Of a stretch of DNA of 64,000 nt, positions 1 through 9,593 are shown in pieces. The stretch is from Candidatus Multivoradales bacterium. GTDB lineage: Bacteria > Acidobacteriota > Thermoanaerobaculia > Multivoradales > J023. The stretch's first letter is position 1. Each line of letters begins with the position of its first letter. The translations under genes and the position numbers were made by a program. The notes under the pieces are model-generated. The model did not search any database, was not told where the DNA came from, and saw nothing but the letters and a program-made list of their open reading frames with translations. The stretch lies in assembly GCA_965248925.1 (NCBI GenBank), contig CBDFLE010000006.1, forward strand, positions 1,920,001 through 1,984,000. The letters run 5' to 3'.

Positions 1-2
1 AG

Positions 3-962
3 GTGGGCCAAGCAGCGAAGATAATGACCGGCGCGGTACTACCTCGGGGCGCCGACCGGGTGATCCCGGTAGAACTCAGCGATGGCGGTGCCAAGAACGT
101 CACCTTTACCCAAGCGGCGCCTGTGGGTGCACACATCCGCCGCCAAGGCGAAGTCTTGCGGCGTGGCGACTCCCTGCTAGCTAGCGGCGCGCAGCTGACT
201 CCAGCCGCTTTGTCGCTGCTCGCCGCCCACGGCCACGGCTCGATTTTGACCTACCGCCAACCTCGGGTAGTGGTGCTCTGCACAGGTGACGAGATCGTGC
301 CCAGCGATCAAACTCCCGGACCCGGCCAGCTGCGCGACTCCAACTCCCCCTTCCTGCTCGCCGCCGGCCGCAGCCTGGGTCTAGATTTCGACTTTCTAGG
401 AATCGCTCCTGACCGACCCACGGAACTGCGGCAGCTGATCCGGCGGGGCCTGGCCAGCGACGTTCTGCTGCTATCGGGAGGAGTGTCGATGGGCGAGTTC
501 GATTTCGTCGCCGACATTCTCGCCGAGTTGGGCTGCGCAGCCCTATTTGACCGAGTACGAATCCAGCCCGGCAAGCCGCTGCTGGCGGCGCGCCACGGCA
601 GTGGCGACTACGGAGGTGGTTGGGTGTTTGGCTTGCCCGGCAACCCGGCGTCCGTGATGTGTACTTTTTGGCTCTTCGTCCGCCCGGTCCTGCGCCGCTT
701 GCAGGGCCATCCAGACAGCTTCTGGCAAGGGGCGGTGAATGCCAGACTCAGCACTCCCCTACCGGCCAACAAGGCCCGCGACCGCTTCCTAGACACCACC
801 CTCGAATACCGCGAGGGCCAGGTGTTGGCCACTCCCCATCTACCCCGCGGTTCCCACGACGTCGCCGCCTACGGTCATGGCCGTGGCCTGCTGCGCTTGC
901 GACCCGACGCGGCGCCAGCCGCCACCGGCAGCGGCTGCGAAGTGCTGCCGTTGGTCTGCTGA
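3..962 (+). CDS. moeA: Molybdopterin molybdotransferase MoeA (5' truncated by window edge)
   Basis: IMTGAVLPRGAD, TGDEIV, DSNS, SGGVSMGEFD, IQPGKP and GLPGNP motifs typical of MoeA/gephyrin E domain. Confidence 0.93.
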   Translation: MGQAAKIMTGAVLPRGADRVIPVELSDGGAKNVTFTQAAPVGAHIRRQGEVLRRGDSLLASGAQLTPAALSLLAAHGHGSILTYRQPRVVVLCTGDEIVPSDQTPGPGQLRDSNSPFLLAAGRSLGLDFDFLGIAPDRPTELRQLIRRGLASDVLLLSGGVSMGEFDFVADILAELGCAALFDRVRIQPGKPLLAARHGSGDYGGGWVFGLPGNPASVMCTFWLFVRPVLRRLQGHPDSFWQGAVNARLSTPLPANKARDRFLDTTLEYREGQVLATPHLPRGSHDVAAYGHGRGLLRLRPDAAPAATGSGCEVLPLVC

Positions 963-981
963 GCTAACGACTTAGCCCGTC

Positions 982-2046
982 TCAGGGTTGGCTACCCGCG
1001 AGCAGGCGGAACTCGATGCGGCGGTTCAGAGCCCGGCCTGCGGCGGTCTCATTGTCAGCCACCGGATCGGCTTCGCCATAACCCTCGGCTTGGAAGCGTT
1101 GGCGGTCGAGATCCCGACCGGCTAAATACGCCGCCGCCGACGCCGCCCGACGCCGACTGAGATCGAGATTGTAGGCGTTGTCACCTCTTGAGTCGGTATA
1201 GCCGGCCACTTCGATGGCCTGCGAACCGGTACCGCGTAGTTGTGCTGTGATGCGATCGAGAACTCGCCGCCCTTCAGCGGTGAGCACATCGCTGTTATTC
1301 TCGAAGCGCACCACGCCGTTGGTCAGGATCTGCTCCAGATTGGCCTGCACGGCTGCCGCTTCGCGAACCTCGACCCGCAGCAGATTGCGGATCGCAACGC
1401 CGGCAAATAGATTCTCAGACGCCTTGACCAGACGCTCCTTGATTTGCGCGCTGGGCACCGCCCCCTGCAGGGTGATCGTTTCGCCATCAGCAGCAAAGCC
1501 AACCCCATCGATCTGATCACCCAGTAGGCGCAACAAACCCCGCAAATCACCCGCCAGGGTAACGGATGGATCGATCTCCAATTCATCGATCACCCGCTCC
1601 ACACCCCAAATCTCGCCCGCGGTTTCGATCAAGCCGCTCTTGACCGTCGCGTCGGGCACCCGACCGTGCAAAGTGACGTCATTAAGTCCTGTGATGGCCT
1701 CGACCGCGCCAGTGACCTTCTCCACCACCGCCGGCCTTGCCACCGCCGAGCTGGCTACGGCGCTGGCAAGGCCGAGCTGGTCGTCCACTCCGCGAATACC
1801 GGTGACCGCCGACACCAGCTCGTAGACGCGGTTCTTGATCTCCGGCGAGCCGACCGTGCCGGTCAGGGTTAGCCGCCGGCCATCCATGGTGAAATTCAAG
1901 TCCTGGCCAGCGATGCTGGCGGCAGCCACCGCGCTCACCGCCTCATCGTGCAATTGCTGCTCGATCTTCTTGGCGTGATGGCAAGTGCAGATCAGCATCA
2001 AGATCAAGAGCAAGACGACCCACAGCAATATCGTTCCGCGCTTCAT
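982..2046 (-). CDS. Membrane-anchored BON-domain/OmpA-family peptidoglycan-binding protein
   Basis: N-terminal TM helix, repeated 'TLxGxVP' BON-like units, C-terminal OmpA motifs GYTDSRG..YNLDLSRRRA and GRALNRRIEF; ATG at 2046. Confidence 0.85.
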   Translation of the reverse strand: MKRGTILLWVVLLLILMLICTCHHAKKIEQQLHDEAVSAVAAASIAGQDLNFTMDGRRLTLTGTVGSPEIKNRVYELVSAVTGIRGVDDQLGLASAVASSAVARPAVVEKVTGAVEAITGLNDVTLHGRVPDATVKSGLIETAGEIWGVERVIDELEIDPSVTLAGDLRGLLRLLGDQIDGVGFAADGETITLQGAVPSAQIKERLVKASENLFAGVAIRNLLRVEVREAAAVQANLEQILTNGVVRFENNSDVLTAEGRRVLDRITAQLRGTGSQAIEVAGYTDSRGDNAYNLDLSRRRAASAAAYLAGRDLDRQRFQAEGYGEADPVADNETAAGRALNRRIEFRLLAGSQP

Positions 2047-2497
2047 AAGACAGCTCCCAGCAAGAGTGGCCAAGGCAGGGTTGGCCAGGGCGACGTTGTC
2101 GGCAGATTACCTTCACCCGCTCTAGACTGGCCACAGGCCCGAAAGTCACCCGCCCACCAGCGCAGCGACTTCCAGATCAGAATGCGTATTATGGTTAGTG
2201 TAGCGCACCCGCAAATGGCCAGGGCTCCTGCCTGGAATCCATCGATGCCGAGCCTGTTCTCGAAGGCGGTGCCGCTGACCACAGCGGTGAAGAACGTGCA
2301 GAGGCCGGCTTGTCGCGCTCGTCTGGGCCAGTAGAAAGCCCAGGCTCTCGACACTACGGCCAAGGGTTCACAGGATTGCCGTAAATCGTTGAAAACAAGT
2401 GAGTAAAAGTACTGTAACACAGCGACTGTTGATCGGCGTGAGCTGGTGGCTGTCCTGGTATTGCCTTCTCCGACTAGCTCATGCATACTGGATCTGT

Positions 2498-2764
2498 ATG
2501 GAGATCGAACGGGATCCCGACAAAGCGTTGTCGAATCGAAGCAAGCATGGAGTCGATTTCCAGGAAGCGGCGACGTGCCTGCTCGACCCCAACGCGCTCG
2601 TCACCGAGGATGAATCGAGCGCGGGCGAACCGAGATGGGTCCTGGTTGGGTTGAGCACCCGCGCGAGTCTCCTCACCATTGTCTACGCGCTCCGCGGCGA
2701 AGACCGGATTCGGCTGATCTCCGCCCGGAAAACGACCCGAAAGGAGAGGTACAGCTATGCGTGA
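2498..2764 (+). CDS. brnT: BrnT-family ribonuclease toxin
   Basis: DPDKALSNRSKHGVDF, GEPRW and IRLISARK motifs; overlaps the antitoxin gene. Confidence 0.88.
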   Translation: MEIERDPDKALSNRSKHGVDFQEAATCLLDPNALVTEDESSAGEPRWVLVGLSTRASLLTIVYALRGEDRIRLISARKTTRKERYSYA

Positions 2765-3023
2765 CGAGTACGACTTCTCGCAGGGAAAGAGAGCGAAGGA
2801 TGTCCCGCACCTGGCTAGGCTTCAAGCCGAGGCGAAGGGCAAGAGCCGGATCACGATCATGCTGGACAACGATGTCCTCGTGGCCTTTCGGTCTCGGGCG
2901 AACGCCGAGGGCATCGGCTATCAGACCCTCATCAATCAGACACTCCGCCAGGCGGTTGGTTCGCGGCCGGTCGATGAAGACACACTGCGCAAAGTGCTGC
3001 GCGAGGAACTCGCGACGTCCTAG
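2757..3023 (+). CDS. brnA: BrnA-family antitoxin (RHH)
   Basis: MRDEYDFSQGKR and ITIMLDNDV...GYQTLINQTLR; 8-nt overlap with brnT. Confidence 0.88.
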   Translation: MRDEYDFSQGKRAKDVPHLARLQAEAKGKSRITIMLDNDVLVAFRSRANAEGIGYQTLINQTLRQAVGSRPVDEDTLRKVLREELATS

Positions 3024-3214
3024 AAACCTGTGGTGTAAGTCGTTGAGAACAATCGAATACGGTTAGGGTGGTATCGTGTGCCGGGGTCGTTGCTGGTAAC
3101 TTGACCTTAACCCACTGCTGTCCCGTTAACTTCGCAGAAAAATAGGCTCAAACCTCCCTGGTCTTGATAGAATCAGTCATCGCTAAACGGCTGAATCAAA
3201 GGGAGATCTGAGCC

Positions 3215-3755
3215 TTGGCACATCATAGCACCGTCTTCGCCCAGCTACTGCAACTGATTTCGAGACATGAATTCGAGGCCCTCGCAAAACGCCACCACGC
3301 CGGTCGCCAGTTCCGCACTGCGAGCCGCTGGTCGCAGCTGGTGGCTTTGATGATGGCCCAGCTGTCCGGGCGTTCTAGCTTGCGCGACATCGTTGACAAT
3401 CTACGAGCGCAGCGGCACAAGCTCTACCATCTCGGCTGCCGAGTCCTGTCGCGATCCAACTTGGCACGGATCAACGAAGAGAAGCCCTATCTCCTTTTTG
3501 AAGAGCTATTTGGGAGACTTCTGGGCCGTGCTCAAGCAGTGGCGCCCAAGCATACGTTCCGGTTCAAGAACCGCTTGTTCTCGCTTGACGCCTCGGTGAT
3601 AGACCTTTGTCTGTCGATATTCCCGTGGGCGAAGTTTCGTACGACCAAGGGAGCGATCAAGCTGCATGTGGGGTTGGATCACGGTGGCTACTTGCCTGCC
3701 TTCGTTGCGATCTCGGATGGAAAAACAGGTGACATCGCGGGCTGCAAGAGCCTGA
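3215..3755 (+). pseudogene. IS4 transposase, N-terminal part (DUF4372 plus start of DDE domain), interrupted by IS21
   Basis: MAHHSTVFAQLL...SLDASVIDLCLSIFPWAKFRTTKGAIKLH; the frame continues after the IS21 at 7067. Confidence 0.9.
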
Positions 3756-3780
3756 TGTTAGCGGCTGAGCAAGAACGTAT

Positions 3781-4122
3781 CTATTCGGTGTAATCCGAGC
3801 CGGTGTGCAGCCCCTGCTCGCGCCGAGCGGTGCTTTGGAGATACTTGAGATACCCCTCGATGTCTTCAAGGCCATCGAGTTCTCGAATCACCGGCGCAAA
3901 GTAGGCGAGGGATCGGATCTTGGCTAGCTTGGGTGCCTCTGGAGATCGCTGGATTCGTCGACCGGCTGCGAGGAGAATGGCTGCTCTGATCTGATCGATG
4001 GAGACTTGCTGCTGGTAGAGATCAAGAGCGAGTACGCGGTCAGTGGGTCTTGCCTGAGCAGGGGTCTCCTGCTGCTCAAGGTAAGCTCTGAGAATCGCCT
4101 GGACGTAGTCGCACTTGCTCAT
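3781..4122 (-). CDS. IS21 accessory protein downstream of istB, function unknown
   Basis: ATGA overlap with the istB stop; lies inside the IS21 IRs; 113 aa. Confidence 0.7.
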   Translation of the reverse strand: MSKCDYVQAILRAYLEQQETPAQARPTDRVLALDLYQQQVSIDQIRAAILLAAGRRIQRSPEAPKLAKIRSLAYFAPVIRELDGLEDIEGYLKYLQSTARREQGLHTGSDYTE

Positions 4123-4883
4123 GACACCTTCGCCTTTCGCCGCCGCGCGCGGTCTTGTGCTCGCCGTTTCTTTTCCTCTTCTGCTTCTTTGCGCCGATAG
4201 GAGTCGCCTTCGATGGTGACGATCTCGGCGTGATGTACGAGCCGATCGACAAGGGTGACCACGCAGGTGGCCGAGGCGAAGACGCTCTGCCACTCGGAGA
4301 AGGGTTTGTTGGTGGTCAGCAGAATAGATTTCTTCTGATACCTCCGGCTTACCACCTCGAAGAGGAGGTCGGCGTGGCGATGGTCGTAGGACAGGTAGCC
4401 TAGCTCGTCAATGGCCAGCAGATCGGGCCGGGTGTAGAGGGCCAGGCGCCGCTGCAGAGCCCTGGAACTCTCTTGTGCCGCGAGGTCGTTGAGCAGTTCG
4501 CTGGCGGTGAGCATGCGTCCGGTGGCGCCACGCAACAAGGCCTGGTAGGTGAGATTCTGAACGATCATCGACTTGCCGACGCCGTTGGGACCGAAGAGGA
4601 TGACGTTGGCTCCTTCTTCGAGCCATTGGAAGTTGAAGAGGTCTTCCACCATCAGGCGATCGATCTTTCGTGGCCACTTGTAGTCGAAGTCGGCCATCGG
4701 CTTGAAGGTGCCGATGTGTGCGTTGCGGATTCGCCTCTCGAGGCTCCTCTGGTGTCGCACTATCTCCTCTCGGTCGATCAAAGGCAGCACCCAAGGCTGG
4801 TTCTGAAGTTGACTCCAATCTTCGACCAGACCGTGCAGCCCGAGCTTCTTGGCCCGGATGAGCAGATCTTCAGTCGTCGTCAT
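4119..4883 (-). CDS. istB: IS21 helper AAA+ ATPase IstB
   Basis: Walker A GPNGVGKS, Walker B LLAIDELGY, TTNKPFSEW, DRLVHHAEIVTIEGDSYR. Confidence 0.95.
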   Translation of the reverse strand: MTTTEDLLIRAKKLGLHGLVEDWSQLQNQPWVLPLIDREEIVRHQRSLERRIRNAHIGTFKPMADFDYKWPRKIDRLMVEDLFNFQWLEEGANVILFGPNGVGKSMIVQNLTYQALLRGATGRMLTASELLNDLAAQESSRALQRRLALYTRPDLLAIDELGYLSYDHRHADLLFEVVSRRYQKKSILLTTNKPFSEWQSVFASATCVVTLVDRLVHHAEIVTIEGDSYRRKEAEEEKKRRAQDRARRRKAKVS

Positions 4884-6369
4884 GAGGATCCTCCTGGCGG
4901 CTGAGACGGTCGTAGTCGTTGAGATCATGAGGGCGCACGTCGAGATCCCGGATTCTGGGATCTTTGGGTAGGCGGAGAGGAAGCATCGGCGTGGCCTGAC
5001 GCTCGCGCTCACGGCGCTCGAGCACCAGGCGAACGGCCTGGACGTCGCAGGAGTGGTTGCCGAGCGCCTCTTCGACGGCCGAGGTGAGAGCCTCGGTGCC
5101 GTAGTGGTCGAGCAAACGCAGGAGTGCTGCGGTAGCGGTTCCCAGAGGCAGCCCTCTCTCGGCGAGTCGCTGCAACAGCGCCTCGCACCTTGGAGCCGCG
5201 CGCCTGAGACGATCGAGCCCCCGATGTTTCTTCGCCCGGTGTTTGTGATCGACAAGCTCCTGGATATGCTCGGGGTTCTCGATCTGCTGGCTGCGATCGA
5301 AGGATCTGGGATGGCACGCCACGACCTTGTGACCGTCGAAGATGCGTACCTCTAAGAGGCTGGCGCGCACCGTCAGAGTGCGGCGCACCCGATCGAACGG
5401 CACCGAGTAATCGTTGCGATCAAAGCGTGCATACGGCGTCTTGCCAATGTGAGCCTCGCCGCGCTCCTCGGTCCGAAACGGCTCGGTGGGCAGCTCGATC
5501 AGGTAGGACCTCTCGTCCTCGAAGGCTTCGCTGACCGTTCTGCTGGGGTCCTGATGCCATTTCCGACGATCTGCCCAGCCCTCACACCATGCCTCGGCTT
5601 GACGATTCAAATCGTCGAGATCCTTGAACTCCCGACCGGCGAAGAACGAAGTTCGGATATAGCGAATGGCGCGCTCTACACGTCCTTTCTCGTTGCCCCG
5701 AGCGATCGCTACTGGCCGTGGCTCGAATCGGTAGTGGCCGGCAAATTCCTGGAACTTGGGGTTGTAGCGAATCGCCTCGCCCCGGCGTTCGAGCACCACA
5801 CTTTTCAGATTGTCGTAGAGCAAGATCTTGAAGACACCTTGCCATCTCTCGAAGGTGGCCACATGACCGCGCAGAAAATTCTCCATCCGCGCGTTGAGGA
5901 AGAACCGGAGGAAGATCCGACGCGAGTAGCTCGCTACCAGAACGAAGCCCATCAGGCTGTGCTCCGCGCCTCCCACCTTGATAGAGCCGAAATGGCCCCA
6001 ATCCACTTGCCCTTGCTCGCCAGCCAAGGTGGTCAGGCGCAGGTAAGCCTCAGCCTTGCGACGAGGTCTTATTCGAGCCACCAGGTGACGGAAATGATCC
6101 TCACCTCCTGAGTAGCCGCGCTCCTTGACCATCTGGTAGAGCCGACTCGCCGGGAGGCTCGGGAACTTCTCCAAGGTCTGGTGCATGAAGGGCTGGTAAG
6201 GATCAACTATCGAGCTGCGGGTCGAAATCGCCGTCGGCGCCCCGGCATCCCGCAGGGCTCGCTGCACCGTCTCGTAGTGAACTCCGAGCTGCCGGCTGAT
6301 CGTGCCCGGCCGCCATTTCTCCACGAAGTGGTAGCGCAGGATCTCCTGTTTCTTCTCTTCTGAAATCAT
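4870..6369 (-). CDS. istA: IS21 transposase IstA
   Basis: N-terminal HTH, GEQGQVDWG, LYDNLKS, EKGRVER (DDE), C-terminal FDRNDYSVP. Confidence 0.95.
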   Translation of the reverse strand: MISEEKKQEILRYHFVEKWRPGTISRQLGVHYETVQRALRDAGAPTAISTRSSIVDPYQPFMHQTLEKFPSLPASRLYQMVKERGYSGGEDHFRHLVARIRPRRKAEAYLRLTTLAGEQGQVDWGHFGSIKVGGAEHSLMGFVLVASYSRRIFLRFFLNARMENFLRGHVATFERWQGVFKILLYDNLKSVVLERRGEAIRYNPKFQEFAGHYRFEPRPVAIARGNEKGRVERAIRYIRTSFFAGREFKDLDDLNRQAEAWCEGWADRRKWHQDPSRTVSEAFEDERSYLIELPTEPFRTEERGEAHIGKTPYARFDRNDYSVPFDRVRRTLTVRASLLEVRIFDGHKVVACHPRSFDRSQQIENPEHIQELVDHKHRAKKHRGLDRLRRAAPRCEALLQRLAERGLPLGTATAALLRLLDHYGTEALTSAVEEALGNHSCDVQAVRLVLERRERERQATPMLPLRLPKDPRIRDLDVRPHDLNDYDRLSRQEDPHDDD

Positions 6370-6788
6370 CTTCGATCTCTCCGTTTGCGCCGCCGTCGTC
6401 GTCTGAGGGGATCCAGACGGACGAATGGACGGCAGAGAACGCCACAGAAGCAGCATCGCGGCTCGCCGAGCGGGGCAAGGCGGTCCTTGGACCCACTCGG
6501 GGGTGGCGTAGTGAGGATGACTGGGGGCTCTGGGGGTGGGGTACCCTGATGCGTTACTTTCTGCGCTTCGGCCTGCTGGCGCTGACGCCATCGGGCCTGC
6601 CGCTCGGCCTGATTTCGGCGACCTTGAGGGGTCTGGCAGTAGCGCCAACCAGCAACTCGCAAGGACTCGCGGCGGGCGGCGCTGGAGCACTCCTGGCCAC
6701 AGTAAATCTGCCCCCGGTCACAGTGCGAGCAGATCTCGACCGAGGCTCGACACCCAGCACAGAAATACCACCGGTAGTCCTCGCGCAC
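6366..6788 (-). CDS. IS21 accessory Cys-rich (putative Zn-binding) protein upstream of istA
   Basis: CAGC...CSHCDRGQIYCGQEC and CCFCG clusters, basic tail; stop overlaps the istA ATG; inside the IRs. Confidence 0.7.
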   Translation of the reverse strand: MREDYRWYFCAGCRASVEICSHCDRGQIYCGQECSSAARRESLRVAGWRYCQTPQGRRNQAERQARWRQRQQAEAQKVTHQGTPPPEPPVILTTPPPSGSKDRLAPLGEPRCCFCGVLCRPFVRLDPLRRRRRRKRRDRR

Positions 6789-7066
6789 CGTCTCCAGCTG
6801 GACAGAGGGTAGACGAGACGATGATTTCCGAAGATACTTAGCGCGAGCCGGCCTATCGGTCGCGCTTCTTGGGGAGGTCCAGGGGTTTCGACCGCCTAGT
6901 CAAATTGCCCCTGGACCTTCGTCTCTTCCGTCCACAGCCCTATTCTGCAAGATCACGGACCCGCCTGCGGCGGGGATGATGATTCCGTTGGGCGGGATCT
7001 AGAGAATGGTGCTGGTCTGCGCTCTACACCAACTACGTACGCTTTCCCGTAGCCGCTAACACCTGA

Positions 7067-7683
7067 CGCTGCCACGAGGAAGCATCGTAGCTTGTGATCG
7101 TGGTTACAACAGCTACAGCTGGTTTCGTCAGCTGAGCGAGAAGGGTCTTTTCTTTGTGACCCGTCTGAAGCGCGGGGCCAAGTACCGCGTGACCGAACGT
7201 CGAAGAGTCAATCGTTCCAAGGGTTTGATGAGCGACCAAACGATCGAATGGACCGGTGTGAAGGCGTGTCGTGACTGCCCGATGCCTCTGCGGAGAGTAG
7301 GCTATCGCGACCCTGAGACCGGCAAGATCTACTATTTCTTGACGAACCTGTTCCGCCTGTCACCTCAGACCATTGCCGATATCTACCACGAACGTTGGCA
7401 AATTGAACTCTTCTTCAAGTGGATCAAGCAGAATCTGAAGATCAAGACTTTCGTCGGCACCAGCCGCAACGCCGTGCTGACTCAGCTTTGGATCGCCATG
7501 TGCGTCTACCTATTGCTCGCTTTCATCAAGCACAAGCACCGTCTTTCCAGTAGTTTACGGGAGGCCTTGCGCCTCCTTCAATTGAACCTCTTTGAGCGCC
7601 GCGACCTCATGGCCCTCTTGAAACGAGAGCCGCCGCCGATCCCAGGACTAGACGAAAGACAACTGGTAATCGTCGGAAGTTAA
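7067..7683 (+). pseudogene. IS4 transposase, C-terminal part
   Basis: Joined frame reads KSL|TLPRGSIVACDRGY...FVTRLK...YHERWQIELFFKWIKQNLKIK (YREK-like signature). Confidence 0.9.
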
Positions 7684-7771
7684 CGGGACAGCAGTGACCT
7701 TAACCCCTGTCGTTTCAGGGGACCAGCAAGGTTTCTAGTTCTTTGGTGGTAGATCAGAGAAGCGGCGGAGG

Positions 7772-9547
7772 CTACTCCTTCAAACCGTTTGCTGCACGAA
7801 TGAACGCCACGACTCGACCAACTTGCTGCCCAAGATCGAGCTGCGTCCAGTCTGGCTTGTTCTCGACCAAGTTACGGGCGAGCTTGATTTTATCGGCTTG
7901 CTTCCATTTTCCCCGCGGGGTCTTGCTCGTTTGGTATTCGTACACGGCCTTGTGTTGACCCGACTGTTGTACCTTCACAACATCATCGTGGATGGCTTGA
8001 ATGGCCGCCACCACTAGATCTGCCGGCAGGTAGTTCTCAATCTCCTTTCCTTTCGTCACCCAGGCAAAACCCTCGTCGTCGTCGTCAAACGCACTCCGGA
8101 TCCGCTTCTTCGTGGCATTCAGATGCGCTCGCGGCTTCTTCCGGTCGCTGTCTATGACGATAACAATATGTCGATTGAGGCGGCGCAGAGAGATGAACTT
8201 GTCCACCTCCGGATCTTTGACCGTCAGATGGGAGAGGAGGCGACCGCCATAGAACATGATCGAGTAATGCGTGCCTTCGACCAGCGTTTCCAACTCCTGC
8301 TCTTCAACCCACGACGCAATCCAGCGTTTCAGGTAGATGCGGTCTGAAGGCCCCTCGACCCAGATGATGCAATTGGCCTGCAGCAGGTCTGAAGCGCGAT
8401 ATCCCAAATCAAGGCAGATCGCCGATTTCTCCCGGTCATTCTCTACGCGCCGGACCTTCGACGCCCCATCTTCCAGCCGCACATGGAAGATTGCCGCACC
8501 AGGACAATCGAGCAGATGCGCCGAGTGCGTAGCGATGAAGTATTGGTTGTCGGTCTCCTCGTCTAAGTAACGCAGGAGCTTGCGCTGCAGCACTGGATGG
8601 AGGTGAATCTCTGGCTCTTCAATGCAGAGCACTTGATCCTTGGTTACCGTTGCTGCAGACGCCAGTATCACAACTTCGTGTATTCCGGTACCAAGGCTCT
8701 CCAATGGAAGAGTGCGCCCGTCCATAGCTACGTTCAGTGAGTTCTGGTGGGAGGGAATCTCTAGCATTGCTGAAAGGGAACCTGTGACGTTACGAAGAAA
8801 GTCGTTAATTTTCTTGAAGTCATCTCGCTTCTCCAACTCGTGGTGTTCTGGATCACGCAGTTGTGCCAAGCGCTTGACAAGCCCACTACCCCTCAATACA
8901 TCGGCGGCAGGACCATCACCAGAAGTAATTTCTCGGATAGCTGGCACGAAGCTGACCTTGGGATCAAAGTCGAGAAGCGGCCTAGCTAAAATAAAATACG
9001 TGTCCTCTCTACTGCCCTTAACTTGATCCCAGTTATCCAGCCCATTTACGACTCGCGTGATCCTGTCAATACATCGATAGATACCTGTGGCAGCTTCAGC
9101 AATCTCATTAGGAATTCGAAAATGCCCAGCCCAACTACTCGCGGAGTATTGGAACCAGTGCAATTTCGTACCCCTTAGGACGACGTCCAGGTTCAGCAGA
9201 TCGGAGAGCGCAGGTTGAATGTCTGCTGATATTCTACCCCTGTTCCGAATAGCTTCACACCACTTTCCGAGATTTTGGCTGTCCTTTCCTAACGCGATTG
9301 CCATACTAAAATTGACCGACTGCTTCACCCCACGGTGAGCATCGATTAGCTCATCAAATCCGGCGTAGCCAGCGCGGCTTGCTATGGCTTCGATCACACC
9401 GCCATAGTGCTCCTTCAGAAATCTCAAGATGTTGGACTTGCCCGAGTTGTTCTGTCCGATAATCAAGTTGATTTTCTTACAAGGGCCAATCAGCTGTAGC
9501 TCGCTACCAAAGCTCCGGTAGCCCGCAAGGCCGAATCCATCGATCAT
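7772..9547 (-). CDS. OLD-family ATP-dependent nuclease (ABC ATPase + TOPRIM), probable anti-phage gene
   Basis: Walker A GQNNSGKS, signature SLGTG, Walker B CIEEPEIHLHP, ATHS, TOPRIM WVEGPSD and DSD; ATG 9547 preferred over the long ORF start; AT-richer core. Confidence 0.85.
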   Translation of the reverse strand: MIDGFGLAGYRSFGSELQLIGPCKKINLIIGQNNSGKSNILRFLKEHYGGVIEAIASRAGYAGFDELIDAHRGVKQSVNFSMAIALGKDSQNLGKWCEAIRNRGRISADIQPALSDLLNLDVVLRGTKLHWFQYSASSWAGHFRIPNEIAEAATGIYRCIDRITRVVNGLDNWDQVKGSREDTYFILARPLLDFDPKVSFVPAIREITSGDGPAADVLRGSGLVKRLAQLRDPEHHELEKRDDFKKINDFLRNVTGSLSAMLEIPSHQNSLNVAMDGRTLPLESLGTGIHEVVILASAATVTKDQVLCIEEPEIHLHPVLQRKLLRYLDEETDNQYFIATHSAHLLDCPGAAIFHVRLEDGASKVRRVENDREKSAICLDLGYRASDLLQANCIIWVEGPSDRIYLKRWIASWVEEQELETLVEGTHYSIMFYGGRLLSHLTVKDPEVDKFISLRRLNRHIVIVIDSDRKKPRAHLNATKKRIRSAFDDDDEGFAWVTKGKEIENYLPADLVVAAIQAIHDDVVKVQQSGQHKAVYEYQTSKTPRGKWKQADKIKLARNLVENKPDWTQLDLGQQVGRVVAFIRAANGLKE

Positions 9548-9593
9548 GTTCTTCAAAACTGTCTCCGAAAACAGACACCAAACTTCTGCGAAC

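Larger units (their letters stand above)
3756..7061 (-). mobile_element. IS21-family element with two extra ORFs (3306 bp)
   Basis: Ends TGTTAGCGGCT...AGCCGCTAACA; 5-bp target duplication CCTGA at 3751-3755 and 7062-7066; contains istA and istB. Confidence 0.93.
3113..7696 (+). mobile_element. IS4-family insertion sequence (about 1.27 kb when the nested IS21 is removed)
   Basis: Terminal IRs CACTGCTGTCCCGTTAACTTC / GAAGTTAACGGGACAGCAGTG; flanking direct repeat ACCTTAACC at 3104-3112 and 7697-7705. Confidence 0.92.

Noticed and set aside
6356-6834. 15-bp inverted similarity (GATGATTTC-GAAGA) around the IS21 Cys-rich ORF as an invertible switch
   Set aside because: Short, one mismatch, no invertase nearby; may be chance
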